This document shows positions 11,927 through 24,479 of a stretch of DNA of 64,000 nt, in pieces; within the stretch, counting starts at the first letter, position 1, and every line of letters starts with the position of its first letter. Source of the DNA: Scyliorhinus canicula (lineage: Eukaryota); NCBI RefSeq assembly GCF_902713615.1, contig NC_052158.1, positions 35,071,990 through 35,135,989 of the forward strand, written 5' to 3'. Under the pieces are notes generated by a model that was not told the origin of the DNA, made no database searches, and saw only the letters and a list, made by a program, of their open reading frames with translations. Both the position numbers and the translations under genes were made by a program.

Positions 11927-12776
11927 TGTGAACCCAGACTAGATCCCAACAGTAGCTCGGATACTGGACAAAAACCCCTGTATTTTATTTAGTTTGTAAG
12001 ACTGGGAGGAAAGGATACTTCACCCCAGAGGTGATTTCACGCACAAATAGGGATATTGTATATTAAAACAAACTTTTTTTACTAACACAGCATTAATAAC
12101 CTTAACCTTATAAATACAAATAGCTTTATACAAATAGTTTAGCAACGTTTATCAATACACAATGACACAATAACCCTTAACTGCTATCTTTATCTCCACT
12201 CAAACAACACCCGCCTCAAGCCACAATCCACTTTTAAATACAGTTAGTAGACCCAGGAATACTTGCTGTTAAGAGATGTCTTGGGTAAACACCTTTGGGA
12301 AAGCAATATCCTTTAAGAAGCAGCTTCAGATTGTTGCCTGTCACAACCTGCTGTTTAAACTGCCTATCTGCTCACAGGCAAGTCTTGAACTCAATGTCTT
12401 GAGATCAGCTGCTTCTGGTCTGTCCCCAGTCAAATATTTAATTGAACTATTCGGAAAGAAGCTGCTAGTCTTTCACTGAACTGTATTGTGAGAAGCCGCT
12501 TCTCTTCTGTTCACATCCTATTCTAAAACTAAACTCGTACTCCAGAGACTGCTTCAGCATCTAGCTGCACGCACTAAGCTGAGCACAATGGCTCTAATTA
12601 TCTACTCCACAGGGAACCCTCTTAATATAAACAAAAGTCCACATTTTTATGATGCTTTAATTGCACCTCTGGCTGCAAGACACCTTTCAAACTAGGATTT
12701 TTAAAAACATGACTGCAGCAGTCACACACACCACCCCAGGCGTTTAACACTTACTGCACCAAATACATATTATACA
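11927..12776 (-). mobile_element. Solo LTR (Gypsy-like), 850 bp
   Basis: TG..CA termini, 4-bp target duplication ATAT (11923-11926, 12777-12780), AATAAA near the minus-strand 3' end. Confidence 0.72.
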
Positions 12777-14139
12777 ATATATCTGAAATTTATAGGATGT
12801 GACCACTGGCTCGACGAGTGGAACCCGAGGAACTTGTGGCGGCGGGGATCCGCGCCCAACCATTGCCCTGCGTCACTGAACCTCTGCCCTGAGGGATCCA
12901 TTCCTCGTGGCATTACACTGAGACAGGCGGCAATCATTGGATGGATTGTCAACCTCGACATCGAACTATACCTGCTTACCCAGCCATGTGAATAAAAAAG
13001 TAAATCTGTTTCCAAATAACTCCATGGGATCTTACAACCGGGCGAAGCCTCTGTGCTCTTTCACGTCCAACCTCCAGTGTGATTGCAATTTTACTCGCCC
13101 CCGATATTGGAGAGGCCATTCTGTCAACATCCTGGGCCTGAATCTATGGATTTCTCTCATAAACATCTCTGCCTCTCTTTAACCCTCTCTCTTCCACTTT
13201 TTATATTCATCCTGGGGATGTGGGCATCGCTGGCTTGGCCAACATTTATTGCTCACCCTTAATTGCCCCCTGAGTAGGTGGTGGTGAGCAGCCTTCTTGA
13301 ACCAATGCAGTCCATGTGGTGTAAATACACCCACTGCGTTATTAGGGAGAGAGTTCCAGTATGTTGCCCCAGCGACAGCGAAGGAACGTCCGTGGTGAGG
13401 ATGGTGAGTGACTTGGATGAGCATCTCCAAGTTGTGGGGTTCCCAGGTATCTGCTGCCCTTGTCCTTCTAGATGGTAGTCATGAGTTTGGAAGGTGCTGT
13501 TGAAGGAGCATTGGTGAGTTACTGCAGTGAATCTTGTGGATGGTACACACGGCTGTTACTGTGTGTCAGTGGTGGAGGGTTTGAATGTTTGTGGAAGGGG
13601 GAGCAGTCAAGCGGGCTGCTTTGTCCTGGATGGGGTTGAGTTTCTTGAGTGTTGTTGGAGCTGCACTTATCCAGGCAAGTGGGGATATTCCATCACACTC
13701 CAGACATGTGCCTTGTAGATTTTGGTCAGGCTTTGGGGAGTCAGGTGGTGAGTTACTCGCCGCAGGATTCTTGACCTTTGACCTGCTCTTGTAGTCACAG
13801 TATTTATATGGCTAGTCCAGTTCAGTTTTTGGTCAATGGTAACCTACAGGATGTTGCTGGCAGGGTTTCAGAGATGGTAATGACATTGAATGTCAAGGGG
13901 GAATGGTTAGATCCTCTCTTGTTGGGATGGTCATTGTCTGGCACTTGTGTGGCATGAATATTACTTGCCATTTATCAGGCAAGTCTGGATATTGTCCAGG
14001 TCTTGCTGCATTTGGGCATGAGTTATGGGACCGCACGGCCTGTTTAACATTTGCCACTATCGCTGTTTGTCACCCAAGTAGTTCTGTGTGTGTAGCTTCA
14101 CCAGGTTTATACCTCATTTCTTAGGTATGCCTGGTGTTG

Positions 14140-14510
14140 CATGGCAATGCTGTGGACAGCACGGTGACACAGTGGATATCACTGCTGCCTCAAAGTGCCA
14201 GGGACCCGGCTTCAATTCTGGCCTTGGGTCACTGTCTGTGTAAAGCTTGCACGTTCTCTGCGTGGGTTTCCTCTGGGTGCTCCGGTTTGCTCCCACAGTG
14301 CACAGCTGAGCATGTCAGGAGGACGAGCCACACTAAATTTCCCCTTAGTGACCAGGTATGTGCAGGTTAGGTGGGAGAGTCAGTCTAAGTGTGGGGGGGG
14401 GGAGGGGGGGGGGGGGGGGGGGGGGGGGCTTTTTCAGAGGGTTGGTGCAGACGTGATGGACCGAACGGCCCGCTTCTGCACTGTCGGAATTCAATGATTC
14501 TAATCCATGA
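14140..14510 (+). mobile_element. HE1-type SINE with expanded poly-G tract
   Basis: Head, body and CR1-like tail; G-run at 14391-14428. Confidence 0.85.
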
Positions 14511-14579
14511 TTCTGTGCTCCTGACGTGGCCTCCTGCATTTTTCATTGAAGCAGGGTTGACACCTCGGCTTGATGGAAA

Positions 14580-14773
14580 TGACGATGTGGAGATGCCGAC
14601 GTTGATCTGGGGTGGGCGCAGTAAGAAACCTTACAACACCAGGATAAGTCCAACAGGTTTGTTTTGAATCACTAGCTTTCGGAGCACAGCTCCTTCATCA
14701 GGTGATGTGCTCCGAAAGCTAGTGATTCGAAACAAACCTGTTGGACTTTAACCTGCTATTGCAAGACTTCTTA
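14580..14773. mobile_element. Penelope-type inverted terminal fragment
   Basis: Inverted arms around 14705; same family as 61965-62173; contains a hammerhead motif. Confidence 0.75.
14669..14705 (-). ncRNA. Minimal type-I hammerhead ribozyme motif
   Basis: Minus strand TCAC-CTGATGA-A-GGAGC-TGT-GCTCC-GAAA-GCTA-GTGA: stem I TCAC/GTGA, core CUGAUGA/GAAA, 5-bp stem II, palindromic AGCU stem III. Confidence 0.7.
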
Positions 14774-15452
14774 GGATGGCAATGGGATATAGGCCGGGCC
14801 ATGAGGTTGTGGTTTTTCACAATTCAGCTCATGACCCACGGCACAGTATCTCATTATATGGCTCCGTGTCATAATTTTTTGATTTATGACACTTGTTTGA
14901 ATTGCCTTGGCATGGTTTACTCTGCTAAAGGTACTATAGAAAGGAAAGTGGTTGTTACTGAGATATACAGGATCCTCAGGGACCAAAGGATAAGGCCATA
15001 ATAGGTAAAACCTTGTTTCGGAACACAATGGGATACTATTCATTTTGATCACTGCGAGTCCCTTAGTTTTGTAATTATAATGTCTCCTTATCACGGTGTG
15101 TGAGAGTCCTCAAGGAACAGAGGGAGGCTCTGTTGTTCCTGTGACTCCCGTTGGAAGCTCCCAGGACGGAGGGTCAATATTGTGCATTGTGTGACCTGTA
15201 GCAGCCATCTTTTAGTTTCGCAAAAGATTTCACCCTCACCCTGGAGATTGTAGCAACTCCTGAAGGCAACTCAATTCCACCTGCCCAAGGGCAAATTGTG
15301 AGGGGTAATACATTGACAAGAATTTGGCTGTTGTGTTTGCGGCAGTGACTTTAATTCAAAAGGACAAATGTTTCATTGAGTGAACACTGGGACCTCCTGA
15401 GGCGACGAAAGACACAATGCCAAAGTAAATTTGTTATTTCTTTCCCTTCCAG

Positions 15453-15791
15453 GCCCATTTACAGTGAAAGGGCCAGACTCCCTCACCGTGGCCCACTTGG
15501 GTGAGGATGTGGTCCTCAGCTGTTTAGTGGTCCCCTTCACGCAGGACATGAAGCTGTGGGTCGAATGGAAGGATCTGGACAACAAAGCCACGATCCTGAC
15601 GTGCGAGAGCGATCGGACAGAGCCGTGCCTCGCCCTCGGGGGCAGAGCCCACCTCTTCGTGGGTCAGCTGGCGGCTGGAAACGTGTCGATCGGACTACGA
15701 GGGGTGAAGGAATCTGACGCAGGGACGTATCGGTGCACCGTCAGCTCCGATGGCCATTCCAGCCACGTGGATATGGAGCTCGCCTTTGTCG
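15453..15791 (+). CDS. IgV (V-set) exon, B7/butyrophilin-like
   Basis: GPFTVKGP..VVLSC..VEWK..GNVSIGLRGVKESDAGTYRCTV has the V-set Cys/Trp and DxGxYxC motifs. Acceptor cccttccag, donor gtaaga, 339 nt, phase 1-1. Confidence 0.93.
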
Positions 15792-15840
15792 GTAAGATGG
15801 TTGGTGTTAACTGTGGTGTGCCTGACCCTTACCCTTACCC

Positions 15841-15874
<34 letters not shown>

Positions 15875-16284
15875 ACACACACACACAATCAGTGGCCAAG
15901 CATGCCAGCTCTAACTCAGTGGGTAGGCACTATCCCCTGAGATAGGAAGGTTACTGTTTTGTGTCCCACACTGGGCCGGTTAGTCAGTCAGCGCTGGGGA
16001 AACGAGAACAGAGAATGTTGGGAAAAGCTTTGGGGGTTAGTAACACCTGTACGGGGTGAAAACAGAGCTAACGTTTCCCATCTGTCTTTAAACTCCACAG
16101 GTCCTGCCAGAACGGCTGAGATTCCCTGGCGTTTCCTGTTTTTGTTTCAGATTCCAGCACCCGCAGTGTTTTGCTTATGTTAATGTTCTGGGAGGGGACA
16201 CAGGTTCGAATCCCACCTCGTCAGCTGGTGGAAGTTAAATTTGAAAATTAATTACTTGAATGCTAGTTCAGCTGACGCGATCCG

Positions 16285-18858
16285 CTCTGCTATTCTTTTT
16301 TTTTAAAAATATTTTTATTTGTTTTTTTAACATTTTACACATAAAACAAAACACCCCCAACAAAAAGTATAACAAAAGAACTTCTCCTTCTACCATCCAC
16401 CCCAAGATAACTCAAACCACCCATCCCAAACCCCCCTCCCCCGAACCCTACACCCCTTAGCAATTGACGGTAACCAACTCTTTAAAGTGAAGGATAAGTA
16501 GGCCCCATCTCTTATGGAACCCCTCAGTCACACCTTCTCAAGATGCAGTAAGTCCATCAGGTTCCCCAGACACACTGAGGCACAGGACCTCCACCCCAAC
16601 AGGGCCCACCTTCAGCACCTCCCAAACCACTGACAGCGCGACCTCCCCATTTGTATTGAACCTCACATAATCATCATTCACCTTTGCCACCCTAACACCA
16701 AAACACGGATCCGCGAGCAACCCCACATCCAACCTCCACACTGGCCTTTGTGCAGGCCCCTTCCCCAAGACCACATCCGCCAAGTGCGGAGCATGATCTG
16801 AAATAACGATCGCCGAGTGTTCCGCCGTCCTCGCCCCCGACAACGATGAAAATGGCTTATTGTCACAAGCAGGCTTCAAGTGAAGTTACTGTGAAACGCC
16901 CCTAGTCGCCACATTCTGGCGCCTGTTCGGGGAGGCTGGTACGGGAATTGAACCATGCTGCTGGCCTGCCTCGGTCTGTATTCAAAGCCAGCGATTTAGC
17001 CCTGTGCTAAACCAGCCCCTCCCCATAATAAATAAATCAATCCTTGAATATACATTACGCACCGGCGAGAAAAAGGAATATACTCTGACCCACTGGATAC
17101 TTGAACCCCCAAGGATCTGCTCCCCCATCTCCTTCATAAACGCTTCCAATACCTCAAGACCCCCGCTCTCTTACTGGTCCACCCAATCCCCGCACATTCC
17201 ATGTTACCATTCAGACTCTCTTCCCATCTCTCCCTCCTATCAGCCATGACCACTCCATGGGGCATACCTAACCCGCCCACCCCTCCCCCCGACCGACAAC
17301 CTTCTAGGCCCACCGTTCTCCCAAAATGGCCCCCCGCCCCACCTCACAAATAGGACCAGGCCCTGCCCCAAGTCACTGTCAACCATCTACCCCTCCCCCC
17401 CCCCCCCCCAATCCCAGAAATCCCCCAACCACTTCCTCTCGAAACCGCATACGCCCCGTCCCCCCCACCAGTCACACCTCCCAGGCCCGCAGAAACCTGT
17501 CAACACAGTCTGGGCTGACCGCAGCCCCTCCCCCAACCTGGCTCCCGCTCACTAGCCACCTTAAGTTTGCCAGCGAAGTGGCCCCACCAGAGCCCCCTCC
17601 CCCCTGCCCCACGTACCGAACACAAAGACCATCAAAGAAACCACTCCCCACACAGCTCTTCGAAACAATCAAACATACTAAACACCACCCCAAGGGGAAT
17701 AAAACCCGACCCATTATCCCAACATCCCCAACCCAACCCCTTCCCAACCACAACATAAGAAATTAAACTTCAACCTCAGTTCAGTCCCAGTCCTTCAGCT
17801 TTTACGATTGCCGGCGCCTTCTCCGCCATCTCAAATAAATGTACTTCGAGTTGTAGGTAGCTCTCCACTTCGCTGGGTAGACCATCCAGAACTGAACATG
17901 ACTCTTATACAGCACTGCCTTCGCTCTATTAAAGGCCGCCCACCGTTTTGCCAGCTCCACCGTGATGTCCTGGTATATACGAATACCACTGCCTTCCCTC
18001 ACCTCTCGATTCTGCTTGGCACATCCCAAGACGTTCTCCTTCATCTGATAGCTGTGATCTGATAGCTGTGATCTGATAGCTGTGATCTGATAGCTGTGAA
18101 AACAGACTGTCACAGTTCTTGGTGGATCATTCATTTGGCTTCGGCCAGGGTGACCGATGAGCTCTATCTAGCTCAAAGAGGGAGGTGTTCTCTTCTCCTC
18201 CCTCAATAACTTGGCAAACATCCCTGAAAAGTCTGCCTCAGGCCCTCCAGCCCCTCAGGCAGCCCCACAGTCCAACAATTCTGCCGCCGTGACCTGTTTT
18301 CCAGGTCCTCCACTTTGGCTCTCTCTCAGCGCTTTACTGCCCTCCACCTTCCGCAGCTCCTCTCCCATCGAGGAGAGCTGGTCACTGTGTCACGACGATG
18401 CCTCCTCTACCCCCTTCATCCCCTCACCATGCTCCCATACCATTCCCGACGTCTTTCTAAGAGCCTCCTTTATCGGGGCCAGCGTAACCTCCACCAGCTC
18501 TTTGAGCGTTCCCATCATCTCCATCCCATGTCGCTCCAAATACTTGGCAAACTGCTGCTCAAACTCCGCCGCCATCAGCTCGGGTAGCATGTCCACCGCA
18601 ATGGGCACAACCCCACCCGGCCAGCTTGCTCCCAACATCTTTTCTCCCACAGAACTCCGAACCAAACTCGGACCCCCAGGTGGACTAGCGCTCATTCCTC
18701 TTCATGCCGTATTCTTTCATCGCGATTTCAACATCCTCTAATTCCCACAACTTTACTGACGGCAGCTTATTAGGGTTCCCCCTAAAACTAGATACAAGGG
18801 GTCAAAAAATGGGAACATTTGTGGGAGCCACCCTGCGACCTCCACCTGCATGTCATCG
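16285..18858 (-). mobile_element. Internally deleted L1-clade LINE (5' UTR, ORF1, partial endonuclease, 3' end)
   Basis: ORF1-like GIRIYQDITVELAKR.AAFNRAK..YPAK (17802-18134); endonuclease end AIVISDHAP..WRLDVGLLAD (16538-16879); A-rich tail at ~16285-16330; SINE inserted at 16845-17020. Confidence 0.82.
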
Positions 18859-18859
18859 A

Positions 18860-19170
18860 ATCATAGAATTTACAGTGCAGATGGAGGCCATTCGGCCTAT
18901 CGAGTCTGCACCGGTCCCCGGAAAGAGCACCCCACTTATGCCCACACCTCCACCCTACTTCTGTAACCCCACCCTTTTTGGACACCTAGGGGCCATTTAG
19001 CATGGCCATTCCACCTAACCTGCACATCTTTGGACTGTGGGGGGAAACCGGAGGAAACTCACTCACACACAGGGAGAACGTGCAGACTCCGTACAGACAG
19101 TGACCCAAGGCAGGAATCGAACCTGGGACCCTGGAGCTTTGAAGTAACGGTGCTAACCACTGTGCTGTCA
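18860..19170 (-). mobile_element. HE1-type SINE
   Basis: Same head, body and tail as other copies. Confidence 0.85.
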
Positions 19171-19184
19171 CCGGACGTTTGATT

Positions 19185-19830
19185 TGCCATCAGTAAGATC
19201 ACGGTTGATCTGTGATGCGACCATCAATTCACACGAAACCAGGAGTAGAAGTAAACTGTGACTTTAATCAACTAGAACAGTGCCTGCCTGCGACTGGTCT
19301 GCTAGTGGGAATCGCCTGCAGGGCGACTGCTCTTTCTACTTCCCCTCAAGGGGTGGAGTGAGGGGCGGAGCCCACAGGCCCCAACATGCTACATCATAGG
19401 TAATACCATACAATGGTCCATAGGTGGAGCCCACATGGGAAACAGCGTAATACAGATAATCATGTGGTGAATTGTTACAGCAATACATTCACTACATTCA
19501 CCCCCTGTTAAAAAAATGAAGTCCGGCAGGGGCGATGGGTTCATAAGTTCAGCCTGTCCGGCGCACGGATTGTGCGCTGTGAACGCCGAAGCTCTGGTGA
19601 CGCCGCTGGCCCGGGCGTCGAACTCGTCCGTGCTTGCATCGTTAGTGAAGTCGCCGGTGCGGGTACCGACGTGAACTCCGAGAGCATGTCTTCTGGAGCT
19701 TCATTCCTGTGGGTCGGTGAAGGAGGAATGGGGGAGGCGGGAGGGGGTGCGGGTGTAGTGGTGGGCATCTGCAAGCTTGGGGTCGCGCCAATGCCAGGTC
19801 TGAAATGGGGAAATACTGAGCTGGTCGAAG
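19185..19830 (-). mobile_element. Truncated Gypsy LTR retrotransposon: pol 3' end, PPT and 3' LTR
   Basis: ORF ends ELRRSQRTIRAPDRLNL*, typical of vertebrate Gypsy pol; purine tract AACAGGGGGTGAA then TGTAGTG LTR start at 19496. Confidence 0.75.
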
Positions 19831-20006
19831 GTGTCCCGCAGCGTGGGCCACCCAGTCTGTATTTGGTCTCTACAGCATAGAGTAGGCCGTGCTGTGAGCA
19901 GTGAAAATGGCACACTGAATCTGAAAGGGTACATTTACTTTGCGATGGGTGAACCTGCACGTACGTCTTCCCTCTCGACTGAGCAGGGCGTTCTGTTCTT
20001 TTCTAG

Positions 20007-20291
20007 CCTTCGGGACAAAGCCAGGTTTGTCGATAACGCAGTCCGACGAGAACGTCGTCGCTTACGCTTGCCAGTCTGAGGGCTGGTACCCCGAACCTGG
20101 CATCACCTGGAAAGATGGCTCCGGAAACAGCCTGGTGCCACTGTCCACAGTAACCAAAGTGAGAGACGAGCAGGGACTGTACAATGTGGACATCCAGTAT
20201 CGGACAACTGATAGCGTTTCATCCACTGTGATCTGTATCATCTACAACAAACTGGGCAATGTCAAGGAGATGTCGACTGCACATGTAATAG
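20007..20291 (+). CDS. IgC (C1/C2-set) exon, B7/butyrophilin-like
   Basis: AFGTKP..YACQSEGWYPEPGITWKD..GLYNV..VICIIYN has the typical BTN/B7 CxSxGWYPxP motif. Acceptor ttcttttctag, donor gtcagt, 285 nt, phase 1-1. Confidence 0.93.
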
Positions 20292-20999
20292 GTCAGTGAT
20301 TGCAACATTCAAAGCTTAACAGTAGTTTTTTAAAAAAATGCTAAGTTATTAAAAATAATAATTACATGTGAAATGGGGGCAGAATGATGTCATTTGGCCC
20401 CTCGGATCTCCATCGCCATTCGGTAAGATCACAGCTGATCTATTGGTATTTCAAACTCCACATTCCCATGTACCCCTTGATAACCTTTGATTCCTTTCTA
20501 CAATCGGAGTCTATCTTCCTCCACCTTAAAATTATTCAGTGACTCCGCCTCCACCTCCTTCTGAGGCAGAGTTCCAAAGTCGCACAATTCTCTGAGAGAA
20601 CAAAAATCTCTTCTTCTCTGTCCTAAAAGAGTGACCCCCCCCATTTTAAAATAGTGCTCCCCTGATTCCGGACTCACCCACTAAGTGGAACATTCCTTTC
20701 CATGCCCACCTTGCGGAGACTGGTCAGTATCATATTCACTTCAATCAAGTCACCCCCTCACTTTTCTAAACTCCAGTGGAACAAGCCCAGTCTGTCCAAC
20801 CTTTCCTCCTAAGACAACTGCTGATTCCAGGTATCAGTCTAGTAAACCTCCTCTGAACTGCCTCCAATGCATGTAAATCACATGTAAATTGTCTGTTCCT
20901 GAAGTGAGGAGATGTGTTGGCTGTGTTTCAGGCCCTGCATCAGCATTGAGCACAAACAGGTCAAATATAATATGACCTTAAATACTGTTACACAAATTG

Positions 21000-21245
21000 C
21001 CCCATCAAACACGTCCAGGACAGGTACAGCTCGGGGTTAGGTACAGAGTAAAGCTCCCTCTATATGTCACTATCAAACATTCCCAGGACTGGTACAGCAG
21101 GGGGTTAGATACAGAGTAAAGCTCCTTCTACACCATCCTGCTCGGGGTTATATACAGAGTCAGGCTCCCCCTACATTGGCTCCATCAAACACTCCCAGGA
21201 CAGGTACAGCTCGGGGTTATGTACAGAGTCAGGCTCCCTCTACAC
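21000..21245 (-). repeat. Degenerate 69-bp minisatellite copies
   Basis: CCCATCAAACAC..CAGGACAGGTACAGC..GGGGTTAG.TACAGAGTAAAGCTCCCTC recurs 3-4 times. Confidence 0.85.
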
Positions 21246-21590
21246 CAGGGGTGGGCAAACTTTTCCGTGCAAGGGCCACATTCAGAAATTCACAACTTTA
21301 AAGGGCCGCATAGTATATTAAGTAAAATAATTACTTAACCCGGTTATGATTCTGGGCGCCTCATATAGGACATAGAACAGTACAGCACAGAACAGGCCCT
21401 TCGGCCCTCGACGTTGTGCCGAGCAATGATCACCCTACTCAAGTCAACGTATCCACCCTATACCAGTAAGTAACCCAACAGCCCCCCCCCATTAACCTTA
21501 AAAAAAAATAATAAAAAATTTAAAAAAAAACAAAAATTTTTTGTTTTGTTTTTTAATGACTTGGTGGGCCGCATAAAGACCTTTGGCGGA
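21246..21590. mobile_element. hAT-like non-autonomous DNA transposon fragment with a nested SINE tail
   Basis: Starts CAGGGGTGGGCAAAC with internal GGGCCGCA motifs; right end not found; SINE tail at ~21366-21557. Confidence 0.55.
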
Positions 21591-22269
21591 CGGCAGATTG
21601 TTTTAAAACCCCATCTGGATCTCTAATGTCCCCTGAAAAGCCAAGAAATCTGCCGTCCTTACCTGGTGAGGCCTACTTGGTGACTCTGGGCAAACAGCAA
21701 TAAACAGAAGGACAATGCAGCAGCACATAGGAAAACTGCCACCTGGAAGTTCCCCTCCAAGCCACTCACCATCCTGACCGTTCCGTCACTGTGGCTGGGT
21801 CAATATCGTCTAACTCCCTCCCTAACAGCACAGTGGGTGTACATCACATGGACCGCAGCACCACCACCTTCTCAAGGGGCAATTAGGGATGGGCTTAGCC
21901 AGTGACGCCCACGTTCCTGCAAATTAATTTTTTTCAAAGTGGCTCACTCTTAATTACCCTCCGAAAAGGCTCCATGAGACACCCAGTTTGTCAAACCACT
22001 ACAAGGCCTATTCGCTGGGTACCAATGTGGCAAATGTTATTGTGGAGCAAAAAAATTAGCTAGCACGCTCCCGATTTCGACCTTTGCCTGCTCATGGGTT
22101 GGCAACGCAAATTGCTACCTGTCCTATTCCGTATCAACAGTGAATGTTGAGTTATCGACCTTTGTGTGAGGCGTGGAAGCCCACGTCCATTAGGTTCCGT
22201 GGGTGACTGGGATGTGTTGCTGCGCCCCTGGAGGTGACTGAAAGAATAGCAGCTGCTTCATTCCCCTTG

Positions 22270-22875
22270 AGTACAAGAGTCAGCAGGTCATGTTACAGTT
22301 GATATGACTTTGGTTAGGCCACATTTGGAATACTGCTTGCAGTTCTGGTCGCCACATTACCAGAACGATGTGGATGCTTTAGAGAGGGTGCAGAGGAGGT
22401 TCACCAGGACGTTGCCTGGTATGGAGGGTGCTAGCTATGAAGAAAGGTTGAGTAGATTAGGATTGTTTTTGTTGGAAAGACGGAGGTTGAGGGGGGACCT
22501 GATTGTGGTCTACAAAATTATGAGAGGTATGGACAGGGTGGATAGCAACAAGCTTTTACCAAGAGTGGGGGTGTCAGTTACAAGGGGTCACGATTTCAAG
22601 GTGAGAGGGGGAAAGTTTAAGGGAGATGTGCATGGGAAGTTTTTTTACACAGAGGGTGGTGGGTGCCTGGAACGCTTTGCCAGCGGAGGTGGTAGAGCCG
22701 GGCACGATAGCATCATTTAAGATGCATCTAGACAGATATATGAACGGGCGGGGAACAGAGGGAAGTAGATCCTTGGAAAATAGGCGACAGGTTTAGATAA
22801 AGGATCTGGATCGGCGCAGGCTGGGAGGGCCGAAGGGCCTGTTCCTGTGCTGTAATTTTCTTTGTTCTTGTTCTT
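22270..22875 (+). mobile_element. CR1 (HER1-like) LINE 3' end
   Basis: LVRPHLEYCLQFWSPHY..LERVQRRFTR..RLRGDLI; the 3' tail GGGCCTGTTCCTGTGCTGT matches HE1 SINE tails. Confidence 0.92.
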
Positions 22876-22968
22876 TGTTTGCCAGAGGGGTGCGGGGGCC
22901 TCAAGGCATCAACATCACCGGAGGCTTGGCAAAAGGAGCTTATTAATTCTCTCTTTAAACGTTTTCAG

Positions 22969-23007
22969 ATTTTCTTCCGCACGCTCAGTTTCGTGTGAGT
23001 GAGGCCG
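22969..23007 (+). CDS. 39-nt linker exon (DFLPHAQFRVSEA), phase 1-1
   Basis: Acceptor gttttcag, donor gtaaga, open frame, 102 nt upstream of the 27-nt exon. Confidence 0.65.
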
Positions 23008-23109
23008 GTAAGATTTGTTTTCGTCCCCTGATTTTTAAAAAAACTCTGTCTTTGTGTTCACCAGCCTCAATATTGACTCTTGGCCACTGTCACATATTTT
23101 CTTTTGCAG

Positions 23110-23136
23110 AATGGAGTAGAATTCGCAGTTTCCAGG
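23110..23136 (+). CDS. 27-nt pre-B30.2 exon (EWSRIRSFQ), phase 1-1
   Basis: Acceptor cttttgcag, donor gtaagc. Size and the EW-basic pattern match the 27-nt exon that precedes B30.2 in butyrophilins. Confidence 0.8.
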
Positions 23137-24479
23137 GTAAGCGGACAGTGCAGGAACGGAGTGAGGTACTGGGGAGGTTTTGCTGTGACTTCCCAACACA
23201 CACACACACTGCTCGGGTGAAGAAAACTGGCCAGGCCTCAAAGGAGCAGGGCAAATGGTAGCAAAGTGGTCATATTACTGGACTAGCGAGTCAGAGGCCT
23301 AGACTAATGACCTACAGACATGAGTTCATGACTAAATGAAGGAAAAACGCAGCTGCGACGCCTCCGTAAGTTGAAGAGTCTCCTAACGTTCGCTGTCCGA
23401 ACTCTCATGCGGCTGACCGAAGGGGAGAGTCCAGCTTAACCGGTCCGCACAGCAGAGAAAGCGAGGGTAGCTATCAGAGAACCAATTGGAAATGCGTTTC
23501 CAAAGAATGTAATTCTGCAATAATATGTACAAGTCTACCTGGTAGACCTGTGGCTCTGGTGTTGGCCTCCAAGGCCAGATGCCAAATTGTAAATTATGCT
23601 TCAATTGTACAAAGCCTTGGGCAGACCCCACCTGGGGAACTAGATTTAGTTCCGCGCACTGCACCTTTAGGAAGGGTATATATTTAAAAAAACTTAGAGT
23701 ACCCAATTCATTTTTTCCATTTAAGGGGCAATTTAGCATGGCAAATCCACCTAGCCTGCGCATCTTTGGGTTGTGGGAGCGAAACAACAAGGGGAGAATG
23801 TGCAAACTCCGCACGAACAGTGACCCGGAGCCGGGATCGAACCTGGGACCTCGGTGCCGTGAGGCGGCAGTTCTAACCACTGTGCCACCGTGCTGTCTTA
23901 GGGAGGGTATATTGACGCAGGTTCACCAGAAAGGTGGCAGGGTGAAAAGGGTTCAATGATGAGGACAGGCTGCAGGAACATCTGTTCCCCCGACTTCAGA
24001 ATGCTGAGATGTGACCTCCATAGAATCCCTACGGTGCGCAAGGAGGCCATTCGCCCCATCAATTCTGCACCAACCCAACTGGAAGAGCACCCTACCTAGG
24101 CCGACTCCAGTGCCCTATTCCCAAAACCCCACCTAACCTGCACATCTTTGGACTGTGGGAGGAAATTGGAGAACCCGGAGGAAACCCACGCACACACGGG
24201 GAGAAAGTGCAAACTCCACACAGTCCCCCAAGGTTGGAATTGAACCCGGTTCCTAGCGCATTGAGGCAACAGTGTCGAGAGGATTCGAGTGGAAGGATAG
24301 TTTGCAACAATTTGCTCGGGTGGACAAGTTAAGAACAAAGGGCGATTGAGTTAAAACATTGATTTGGGATGTTCAGGAGGGAAATCGGGAAGCACATTAG
24401 CTCACAAGAGGAGAGCAGAAATCTATAAGTTGTTTCCTCAAAATGCTGTGGATGCTAGATTTGGGGGGGGGGTGGGGGG

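Noticed and set aside
15827-15846. Telomere-like CCCTTACCCTTACCCTAACCC after the IgV exon
   Set aside because: Only ~3 imperfect units merging into a poly-C run; compatible with chance low complexity.
15453-15850. IgV exon as a rearranging V segment; many CACAGTG heptamers in the window
   Set aside because: The exon ends in a normal splice donor with no adjacent RSS. The heptamers I traced are part of the SINE head (GGCACAGTGGTTAGC), and I saw no properly spaced nonamer.
20932-20959. Possible extra exon after IgC (ttcag..ACAG|gtcaaa)
   Set aside because: 28 nt, ends in phase 2, weak donor, not hydrophobic.
22141-22233. Possible TM exon after IgC (caacag..GGAG|gtgact)
   Set aside because: Stop codons in all three frames from this acceptor; the internal acceptor gives a non-hydrophobic, wrong-phase product.
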